DNA from: a virus
Length of the DNA stretch: 34,691 nt
Virus record (IMG/VR): IMGVR_UViG_3300028048_000053
Location: 1-34,691 of that record
Strand: one strand, 5' to 3'
A program made the translations under genes and the position numbers. Below the pieces are notes generated by a model. That model saw only the letters and a list, made by a program, of their open reading frames with translations. It made no database searches and was not told where the DNA came from. How positions within the stretch are numbered: position 1 is the stretch's first letter; each line of letters starts with the position of its first letter. Of the stretch, positions 16,794 through 23,756 are shown piece by piece.

Positions 16794-17075
16794 ATGAGAG
16801 CAACAGGTATTGTAAGACGCATTGATGACTTCGGCAGAGTTGTCATTCCGAGGGAAATTCGCAAAACTCTCAACATTCGCGAGGGCGACCCCCTCGAATT
16901 CTTCACCGACCCCGACGAGAGGGCTGTGTGCTTCAAGCCCTATCTGCCCTACTCCGAGCCGTGGCGTATGCTCGAAGATGCCGCAGAGACCATGCGTGAC
17001 AGCGAGGACTTTCACGAGTTCGCCGCCGATGTTTACGCCCTTGCGCGTAAGATTCGGAAATCTGCGCAGGGCTGA
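16794..17075 (+). CDS. AbrB/SpoVT/MazE-like regulator (93 aa), paralog of 1707-2000
   Basis: MRATGIVRRIDDFGRVVIPREIRKTLNIREGDPLEF matches the swapped-hairpin pattern. Confidence 0.7.
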   Translation: MRATGIVRRIDDFGRVVIPREIRKTLNIREGDPLEFFTDPDERAVCFKPYLPYSEPWRMLEDAAETMRDSEDFHEFAADVYALARKIRKSAQG

Positions 17076-17216
17076 TAAATACCCCCGCCTTGGCGGGGGA
17101 AATCGCCCGGGCGCAAAAGTTTTTTCAAAAAGGGCGTTGACAAAGGTATAATCTTGTGCTATAATATCAATGTAAACAAAAGGGTTGCGACCTAACGCAA
17201 GAAAGGAATTGATACT

Positions 17217-17510
17217 ATGAATTTCTGGATTGTTATTTTGACCATCTACATTTTCTTTACTATTACCCTGTTCTTTGTGTCTGCCGCTCAGGCGTTCGAA
17301 GTTCGGCGGCGTATCTACGCAAAAGTTGGTAAGAATTACTATGACTCTTTTTCCAAGCGAAGCATTGTTGAAAAAATTGTTAAACTTTTAACCAGCTTTT
17401 TCTTGTCTGCCATTCCTATTCTTAACTTTTTTGTAACTTTTCATGTGATTATTCATGCTGAGGAATTAGTAAATAGTAGTGTGCAGAAATGGCTTGCAGA
17501 ACATAAATAA
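17217..17510 (+). CDS. membrane protein (97 aa)
   Basis: family-2 leader; ORF track; two long hydrophobic segments. Confidence 0.65.
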   Translation: MNFWIVILTIYIFFTITLFFVSAAQAFEVRRRIYAKVGKNYYDSFSKRSIVEKIVKLLTSFFLSAIPILNFFVTFHVIIHAEELVNSSVQKWLAEHK

Positions 17511-17643
17511 GGGTAAGGGGGCTTAATGTCCCCTGCTGCCCGGGCGCTAAAAAAATCAAAAAAAGGTATTGACAAGCGGCGCAATCTGTGCTATACTATA
17601 CACAGTTAAGGGGTGGCGGCCAAACGCTAAAGGAGATAAAAAA

Positions 17644-17808
17644 ATGTTTTACGAACTGAGAGATGCGATTTTCAATCGTCTTGCCTGCTGGCTGATGAAG
17701 CACTGTCACTGTTGGTCGATGGTGTTCTATACCGCCTGCCGCAGATACTACCCTGCCAATGTAAAATGTATGTATGAATCATGGGCTGAGGAAATGGGGG
17801 TGAAGTGA
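17644..17808 (+). CDS. small Cys/His-rich protein (54 aa)
   Basis: family-2 leader + AAAGGAGA SD; in frame with ORF 17569..17808. Confidence 0.6.
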   Translation: MFYELRDAIFNRLACWLMKHCHCWSMVFYTACRRYYPANVKCMYESWAEEMGVK

Positions 17809-18023
17809 TGTTCAGAGTTTGGTTTGATGATTTGGAAGTAGCCATTGCGGCGTTCCGCAAGGTCGTGATGGACGAACTGTTCGTTTCTATTAGCGGCAAT
17901 CTCTACGGCGATTTCATTTTTGAGATTTCCGAGGGTATCAAGTACACCGTGAAGCACAACGATTTCAGCGTGTGGCGCAATTTCGGGGATTGGAGAAAAC
18001 CCGATTGGAGGGAAATCAAGTAA
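17808..18023 (+). CDS. hypothetical protein (71 aa), translationally coupled (TGATG)
   Basis: ORF track 17805..18023. Confidence 0.6.
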   Translation: MFRVWFDDLEVAIAAFRKVVMDELFVSISGNLYGDFIFEISEGIKYTVKHNDFSVWRNFGDWRKPDWREIK

Positions 18024-18145
18024 TGCCATCCCTCTATTATACCTATTCTCATTGCTCGTTGTCGCCGCTTCAATTTATTATCGCATTTGCTATTGGTGCG
18101 GCGATTGGTGCGGGAATTATTTTCTACTTTACGAATAAAGGGTGA
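18023..18145 (+). CDS. possible single-TM peptide (40 aa), coupled via TAATG
   Basis: ATG overlaps the upstream stop; hydrophobic FIIAFAIGAAIGAGIIFYF; ends inside a 24-bp palindrome terminator. Confidence 0.35.
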   Translation: MPSLYYTYSHCSLSPLQFIIAFAIGAAIGAGIIFYFTNKG

Positions 18146-18161
18146 ATAATTATTCACCCTT
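18138..18161. repeat. perfect 24-bp palindrome AAGGGTGAATAATTATTCACCCTT
   Basis: seen directly; shorter GAATAATTATTC copy at 10234-10245. Confidence 0.7.
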
Positions 18162-18256
18162 TATTCATTGCCCGGGCGCAAAAATTTTTTTTCAAAAACC
18201 CCTTGACAAGTTGCTGTAAATGTGCTATACTACATTCAGAAAGTGAGGGATGCAAG

Positions 18257-18433
18257 ATGCGTGATTTTAAATGGACTGACGAACTGTGGTGCGTTGTAAA
18301 AAACGATGGTAGCTTTGCGGGTGCTCCCTGTCTGAGTTGGGAGGAGGCGCGAGAACTTCAGGCGCAGTACGAAAACAGTCAAATGTATCTGTTGAAACCT
18401 GTCGGATGGATTTCTAAGGAGGATAAAAAATGA
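18257..18433 (+). CDS. hypothetical protein (58 aa)
   Basis: class I promoter 18208-18237; in frame with ORF 18203..18433. Confidence 0.6.
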   Translation: MRDFKWTDELWCVVKNDGSFAGAPCLSWEEARELQAQYENSQMYLLKPVGWISKEDKK

Positions 18434-18789
18434 AGCTGACTAAAAAGTTTTTCTGCCCTGTGAACGGATGGGACTGCCCTTACTGGAAAGAGGACGGTTT
18501 CTGCTCCATGGTCGATAATGGGGATGACCCCGTTATGGAGTGCGACGATGCCGCCACTTTCTGGGAACCCGACGAGGATTACTTCGTGTGGGCTGACGAG
18601 GACGGCGCAACCTACGATGTGGAATGGCTCTTGGAGCTTGGCTATCACTTCGTCAATGGTGAGCCTGTGAAAGCTCCCTCTTCCGACTTCATCAAGGCGA
18701 CTTTGGAAAAAGTTCTCGAACATTGGGATGAAGAGGTCAGTTTTCCTCCCGACTTTGATGAAATGGGGTCAAATGGGTTTAGGGGGTAA
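18430..18789 (+). CDS. hypothetical acidic Cys-containing protein (119 aa)
   Basis: GGAGGATAAAAAATG; ORF track; terminator 18790-18825. Confidence 0.75.
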   Translation: MKLTKKFFCPVNGWDCPYWKEDGFCSMVDNGDDPVMECDDAATFWEPDEDYFVWADEDGATYDVEWLLELGYHFVNGEPVKAPSSDFIKATLEKVLEHWDEEVSFPPDFDEMGSNGFRG

Positions 18790-19282
18790 ATAAGAGGGGG
18801 GTAAATGCCCCCTCTACTTTCGCCCGGGCAACTGGCTTCAAGGCTTTAAATGACTAAAGTGAACCGGCCGCTGACAGGGGCAGCGAGCCGAACTCTCGCC
18901 CAAACACACCATATGCAAATTTTTTGCTCAATCTAGCAGGTCTTAGACCGCCCGGGCATTTTCCCGAAACATGCGGGGAGGAGCGCAGCGACTCCCATAT
19001 GGCCCGCCTAACGGTTGAAAGTGAGGGGCACCCACCCAGCAAAAACTTTCTCGCTGCGCGAGAAACCGGCCTCTGGGGCCGTTTTTTAGCCCCTTGCGGG
19101 CTTGATTTTTATAAAAAATTATGTTATAATATAAAAAAACGGCTGCTTTTTACCAAAATTTACCATTTTTTGTTGTTTTTTATAAAAAAATATGTTATAA
19201 TGTAAAAAAAAGACTAAAAATGGGCGGCCCCAAGGGCCGTTTTCTCTTTTTTCGCCAAAATTTCAGAGCATTATATCGGAGT

Positions 19283-19608
19283 ATTAGGCAATTTCGGGCT
19301 CTGACTAGGCAATTTCATTTAAAATATACCCCTCGTGAAAAATTGTTCATTAAGGTAATTCAAACATTTAAAATCGGCATTTTAAGCCTTTTTTCGGCCT
19401 AACGGCCGAAAAAGCTGGTCCAGAAGAGGAAGATAAAAGAGACCATGGGAAGGTTTAAAGTTTGCGGCAACCGCAAAATTCTTCTCTGATATACTGGGGC
19501 ATTAGACAATTTTAAGCGCTGATTAGGCAATTTCATTTAACAGATACCCCTTCTGAAAAATTACAGTGCTAGGTAAATGAAACATTTAAAATCGGCATTT
19601 TAAGCCGA
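19283..19608. repeat. two copies (19283-19392 and 19497-19608) of an imperfect ~90-bp direct repeat, each ending in palindrome TTAAAATCGGCATTTTAA
   Basis: patchy similarity by eye, roughly half of positions over ~85 bp, strongest in the terminal palindrome; flanked by AT-rich promoter-like elements and hairpin terminators. Confidence 0.6.
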
Positions 19609-19710
19609 TTTCTCGCTTTGAGACCTCTGACCGAGGCGGCCGCAGGTTTGCAATTTTTAAAAAATTTTGATATAATATATATAGAAAATAAAGAAAGGAA
19701 TAAAAAAACT

Positions 19711-20085
19711 ATGGTAACTAAGAATGATATTATTTCTCGCCTCCAGAAGGGTGAGGATATTGATGCTATCGCCGCAGAGTTCACTAATCTGCTCAATGAC
19801 GCGTCGAAAGAGTACACAGCCAAGCACAAGAAGAATGCGGCTGCCGAGGAGCTGGCCGTGGCGTTCAACGACTTCCTTGAGTCCTACTATCCCAACCTTG
19901 TGAAGAACGCACCTATCACTCCGGATGAGCTGATTGAGCTCTTTGATGCGCTCTCCGAGCTAGTGGAGACGCTTGGTGACCTTACGTCTATTCTGGCTCC
20001 GGGTAAGCCGGAGACTAAGTCCAAGAGCAAGGAAGATATGGATAAGGAGACAATTGAGGCGTTTCTGCGGTCGCTGCAGCTGTGA
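19711..20085 (+). CDS. hypothetical protein (124 aa); first gene driven by a class II (AT-rich) promoter
   Basis: TGATATAATATATATAGAAAATAAAGAAAGGAAT leader; ATG 19711 in frame with ORF 19618..20085; terminator 20106-20138. Confidence 0.7.
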   Translation: MVTKNDIISRLQKGEDIDAIAAEFTNLLNDASKEYTAKHKKNAAAEELAVAFNDFLESYYPNLVKNAPITPDELIELFDALSELVETLGDLTSILAPGKPETKSKSKEDMDKETIEAFLRSLQL

Positions 20086-20105
20086 GAAGAAAATATCTAA
20101 GTTAT

Positions 20106-20138
20106 AGAGGGACAGAGCTAATGCTCTGTCTCTTTTTG
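20106..20138 (+). terminator. intrinsic terminator AGAGGGACAGAGC-taat-GCTCTGTCTCT + T5
   Basis: perfect stem then T-tract. Confidence 0.7.
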
Positions 20139-20197
20139 TTTGGCTGCGCGAACCGGAGGTAAAAAAGGGCCTCTGGGGTCGGCTCTGCTCACGCAAC

Positions 20198-20350
20198 GAA
20201 TTTTAGTATTTTTATATAGAATTTTTAGTATTTTTATATAGAATTTTTAGCATTTTTATTAACGAATTTTAGCATTTCTATTTAAAATGTTTAGCATTTT
20301 TATATAGAGTTTTAGTATTCTTTATATAGTATTTTAATAGTTCTATACAA
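20198..20350. repeat. about 7 tandem copies of a 22-bp AT-rich unit GAATTTTTAGTATTTTTATATA (iteron-like)
   Basis: seen directly. Confidence 0.7.
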
Positions 20351-20384
20351 CGAACTTCAACCTTTCTTAAATAACTCCATATGC

Positions 20385-20450
20385 CATTTCATTTCATTTT
20401 TCTATTATCTTCTTCGACCCTTCCCCACATTTTCATTTCATTTTTCTATT
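20385..20450. repeat. 2 copies of CATTT(T)CATTTCATTTTTCTATT
   Basis: seen directly. Confidence 0.6.
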
Positions 20451-21029
20451 CCCCGAAGATTAGTATTTATACTCCACCGTTCTTCCGGCATAATTATATT
20501 TTGGCTTAAAAACCCTAATCAGCCCTAATTCCATACTCTATACATCACGCTTTGTTATCTTACTATTACTCTTTATCTTGGAAACATCAATCAGTTTTTT
20601 AAATTCAATTTTATTTTCTTTATTTATCTAATTATAAAAAATTAATTCTTTACTACATGTTTCTATACCCCTTTTATGTTCTTCCCATCTTTCCTCAAAA
20701 TCTCTCATTGTCATACCTACATATACTAATTCATCATTTTCATAAATACCATAGACTCCATAAGATATAGTCTTTTCCTATTTAATATGATATTTTTTCT
20801 CATAAATCTTTACTTCTTGCTATAAAGCATAATAAAAATTATCTATTTCTTTCTATGCTATCGGAATTAAATGTTTTAAAATTATCTAAATATAATGATT
20901 TAAATCTCCTTTACTCTTTTTCGTTTGAGTTTGCTTAAAAAAATAACTAACAATATTCTAAAAAGAATCTAAATCTATAAACTCCCAGTATTTACCACAA
21001 GACAATATATAACCTGGCAGATTACTTCT

Positions 21030-21227
21030 CTATTCTTTAGTTAAAAAACAAACATAAGAATCATGACTACAACTATCTAATTTATAATTACTATCTAATT
21101 TTGGCATCTGCTTAATTATATATTGGTATACAATATACATATTTTTTCGATTCAAACTTTTATGCTCACATTTCATACATTTTTCAAATTCTTCTTGTGA
21201 AACCAACTTTATAACCTCCTCATACAT
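21030..21227 (-). CDS. possible small Cys/His protein (65 aa)
   Basis: C-terminal part of minus ORF 21030..21548; upstream part of that ORF is the low-complexity repeat array. Confidence 0.3.
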   Translation of the reverse strand: MYEEVIKLVSQEEFEKCMKCEHKSLNRKNMYIVYQYIIKQMPKLDSNYKLDSCSHDSYVCFLTKE

Positions 21228-21239
21228 TACCGAGCATCC

Positions 21240-21510
21240 TAAAAATACAAAACTTGTTTTGTATTTTTTTGTACAAAAACTTGTTTTTTGTACAAAAAGT
21301 TGTAAAAATACAACATTTTTGTTGTATTGTAAGACTAAAGATAGCTTATACAAAAAATACAAAAATACAAAAATTCTTGTATCGTAGAGTCTAAAAACTA
21401 CAATTTTCGTACAAAAAACATAAGCATTTATACAAAAATACATAATAGATAAATACAATAAAAATACAATCGTACAATTTTCATACAAAAATTCGTACAA
21501 AAAATCTATA
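21240..21510. repeat. array of GTACAAAAA / TACAAAAATAC direct repeats interleaved with palindromes
   Basis: palindromes TACAAAAC-ttg-TTTTGTA, GTACAAAAA-cttg-TTTTTTGTAC, AATACAACA-ttttt-GTTGTATT read directly. Confidence 0.65.
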
Positions 21511-21511
21511 A

Positions 21512-21886
21512 TCAAAATATAGCATTGGGGTCCTTGCGTTGTACCCATCCTTTTTTATGCTGTATAGTATTCAACTTTACTCCAAAATAATCGGCTATCT
21601 CTTGCGCGCTCATATTATTTCTAGCCATTTTGTATACTTCGGCATCGGTAACTTTGAGACGAACTTTGCCTCCGTTGCGCTTTTCTTCATACTTAGCAAT
21701 ACTGACATCTATACGCCCCTTCAATAAATTTACATAAGAGTTTATACTGGGGTCATCCGTATATTTCTATTCTAAACGACAGCCATATCTGATTAAATCA
21801 GCAATGATTTTGTCCTAACTTTCCACTGGCAACTAATCAATAGCTTCTAACCAATCACTGTGTACAATAAAAGTATTATCAGCCAT
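21512..21886 (-). CDS. HTH protein (124 codons; possible ArpU/RinA-like sigma-region-4-type regulator) with three in-frame TAG codons
   Basis: ATG 21886-21884 preceded by AAGGGGGA SD; in-frame TAG at 21833-35, 21815-17, 21767-69 (plus coordinates); no TAA/TGA for 124 codons in AT-rich DNA; C-terminal ORF 21512..21724 alone has no start or SD. Confidence 0.55.
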
Positions 21887-21890
21887 TCTA

Positions 21891-22070
21891 TTAGTCCCCC
21901 TTGGCGCCAAAAATTAAGTCTAATTTTTTTTCTAATTCTGGCGTATCTTCAAAAACCCAACACCAATACTATGGCTAAAATGGATTCTTTATAGTTTCAA
22001 CGGGATATACTCCCATTTTCACCAACTTTAGCATTATTTTGCGAGAATAAATAATTCGATTCTTTAGCAT
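21891..22070 (-). CDS. small protein (59 codons) with two in-frame TAG codons
   Basis: ATAGGAGTG SD 9 nt before ATG 22070; TAG at plus 21975-77 and 21969-71; stop TAA 21893-21891 abuts the SD of the next gene. Confidence 0.45.
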
Positions 22071-22086
22071 TAATTAGCACTCCTAT

Positions 22087-22221
22087 TTACTTAGATTCTT
22101 GTCTTTGTATAAAATATTTTATCGCTTTTCTAACAACTTGCGACATAGATAAATCATGAGCAGAAGCATACTTCTCAATCCATGCTTTGTCCTCTTCTGA
22201 AATTCTTATAGAAATAAGCAA
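22087..22221 (-). CDS. ribbon-helix-helix (CopG/Arc-like) DNA-binding protein (~44 aa)
   Basis: ISIRISEEDKAWIEKYASAHDLSMSQVVRKAIKYF matches the beta-strand plus two-helix RHH pattern; TTG 22221 (or GTG 22230) start; first gene of the minus operon. Confidence 0.55.
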   Translation of the reverse strand: MLISIRISEEDKAWIEKYASAHDLSMSQVVRKAIKYFIQRQESK

Positions 22222-22257
22222 TATGTTCACATCCTTTCACATCTATTTGAAAATTCT

Positions 22258-22277
22258 TTGTAATACATTGTAATACA
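22258..22277. repeat. tandem direct repeat TTGTAATACA x2 in divergent promoter region
   Basis: seen directly, immediately upstream (minus sense) of the RHH gene. Confidence 0.6.
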
Positions 22278-22342
22278 TTGTCCAACACTTTTAACATTTT
22301 AATATAATTTTCTGTCGTTAAAGACCGTAAGTACTAAATCCT

Positions 22343-22370
22343 TTTCAGAAGGCTGTAAGCCTTCTGAAAA
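22343..22370. terminator. bidirectional hairpin TTTTCAGAAGGCT-gtaa-AGCCTTCTGAAAA
   Basis: perfect 13-bp stem flanked by T-run and A-run. Confidence 0.6.
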
Positions 22371-22434
22371 ATTTGAAACATATAAAAAAATAATATATAA
22401 TATATATAGAAGATAAAAAAGGAGGTTTCCATAT

Positions 22435-22686
22435 ATGTACCCTTTTGTTTGCGGCGTCCGCTATTTCCCCGCATTCCTAGACCCTGAGAAGGAAGTAACC
22501 GAACAGCACACCAATGTTTTAATCTACGCCCCCAACTTCGCAGAAGCTACCGCCCAGGTTGAAGCCTACTTTGGTGACGAGCTCATTGCGGTAACTGTAG
22601 AAGCCATTGCGGACACCGGCACCCTGTTCGAGGTCTCCGACGAAATCGCTAACAGCCTCACTCTGGGCGAAGGATGTATTACCTAA
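22435..22686 (+). CDS. hypothetical protein (83 aa)
   Basis: class II promoter + AAAAAGGAGG SD; ORF track. Confidence 0.75.
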   Translation: MYPFVCGVRYFPAFLDPEKEVTEQHTNVLIYAPNFAEATAQVEAYFGDELIAVTVEAIADTGTLFEVSDEIANSLTLGEGCIT

Positions 22687-22916
22687 TGTTCCAAAAGAAA
22701 TGTGAAACTTGTCAAATCTATATCCCCCAACAGCAAACCTGTCAGCTAATGCCCAACTTCCAGGGCCGCATCAAACCGACAGACTATTGCAGCCAGCACA
22801 AAGATTTTCTCTACCATTGTGTTTACTGCGGCGCCGCCCTATTAGACGTATTTGTGCGCGTTGAAGAGGACGGTAGTGTACGCACAATCTGCGGCAACTG
22901 CGTCAATAGAACCTAA
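22686..22916 (+). CDS. Zn-ribbon protein (CETC...CSQH...CVYCG...CGNC), 76 aa
   Basis: ATG overlaps upstream TAA (TAATG); in frame with ORF 22674..22916. Confidence 0.6.
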   Translation: MFQKKCETCQIYIPQQQTCQLMPNFQGRIKPTDYCSQHKDFLYHCVYCGAALLDVFVRVEEDGSVRTICGNCVNRT

Positions 22917-22960
22917 AAACCTGGCCGGCCGCAAGCTCTTTTTTTTGAAAGGAAAGTTCT

Positions 22961-23389
22961 ATGTCTAAAGTCGAAAATGAAGTAACGGAGTTCCGCAGCC
23001 ACTTCAACCCCGAATCTACTGCAAATCTTTTCACTCATGGACAATGCTTCTGGTTTTCATTCATTCTCCATGAACGCTTCAAACCCTTTTACCCAACATA
23101 TATATTCTATAATCCGATAGACAATCATTTCGCCACGGAGATTTATGGCGAACTCTACGATATTACAGGCAAGCTTGAAAAGGACTCTAAATGGATTGAG
23201 TGGAATGACTTCATCCTCCTGGAGCCTCTTGCGGCCGCCCGTATATATCGAGATTGCATCTTCCAAGAGACTCCAGAAGCATGGGACAATCATTTTTATA
23301 TGCAAAAGAAAATGCCCTGGATTTACTGTCCCACGGGAGCAGCATTCGGAGATATAACAAATTTTAAAACTATTACCAAGGAGGAATAA
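22961..23389 (+). CDS. hypothetical protein (142 aa)
   Basis: ORF track; GAAAGGAAAG SD. Confidence 0.7.
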   Translation: MSKVENEVTEFRSHFNPESTANLFTHGQCFWFSFILHERFKPFYPTYIFYNPIDNHFATEIYGELYDITGKLEKDSKWIEWNDFILLEPLAAARIYRDCIFQETPEAWDNHFYMQKKMPWIYCPTGAAFGDITNFKTITKEE

Positions 23390-23391
23390 CA

Positions 23392-23682
23392 ATGTCTATG
23401 GTGCCGCGTGCCGCAATTATTCTCGGCTACCCAATTAACACTTGGGACAACACTTGGGATGATTTTGAAGACTTCATAATCTCTGACGTGCATGAGCAAA
23501 ACTATTTTGGTAAGGTTTTAACGACCATAGATGAACATACAGAACCCATTCTTCTTGATGACGTAGTAGGTTCGGTTTGGACTTATGATGAAATCTTTGC
23601 GGCGTGGGATAAGTTTGTTGAGGAGCACCCCGATTATAAGGAAATCCCTCTGCGGAAATGGCTAATCTTTCAGTGGGATTAA
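23392..23682 (+). CDS. hypothetical acidic protein (96 aa)
   Basis: ORF track; CAAGGAGGAATAACAATG. Confidence 0.75.
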   Translation: MSMVPRAAIILGYPINTWDNTWDDFEDFIISDVHEQNYFGKVLTTIDEHTEPILLDDVVGSVWTYDEIFAAWDKFVEEHPDYKEIPLRKWLIFQWD

Positions 23683-23703
23683 GCGGAGATTAACAATCTC
23701 CAC

Positions 23704-23732
23704 TTTATTTTTATAAAAAAATATTATATAAT
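23704..23732 (+). promoter_or_regulatory. class II promoter TTTATT-N17-TATAAT followed by ATATATAGAAAATAAGAAAAGGAG leader
   Basis: same architecture at 25868-, 28366-, 30485-, 30835-, 32674-, 34651-. Confidence 0.6.
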
Positions 23733-23756
23733 ATATATAGAAAATAAGAAAAGGAG

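Noticed and set aside
19421-19462. 13-codon ORF MGRFKVCGNRKILL with SD-like GAAGAGGAAG
   Set aside because: It is too short, the downstream hairpin overlaps it, and there is no conservation evidence. It is left as part of the unexplained boundary region.
20198-20350. Possible CRISPR array
   Set aside because: The units are AT-only 22-mers directly abutting each other with no unique spacers, and there are no cas genes. It is an iteron-like tandem repeat.
21030-21548. 172-aa minus ORF taken as a single gene
   Set aside because: The N-terminal 100 aa are a translation of the GTACAAAAA repeat array (low complexity). Only the C-terminal 65 aa were kept, as a low-confidence gene.
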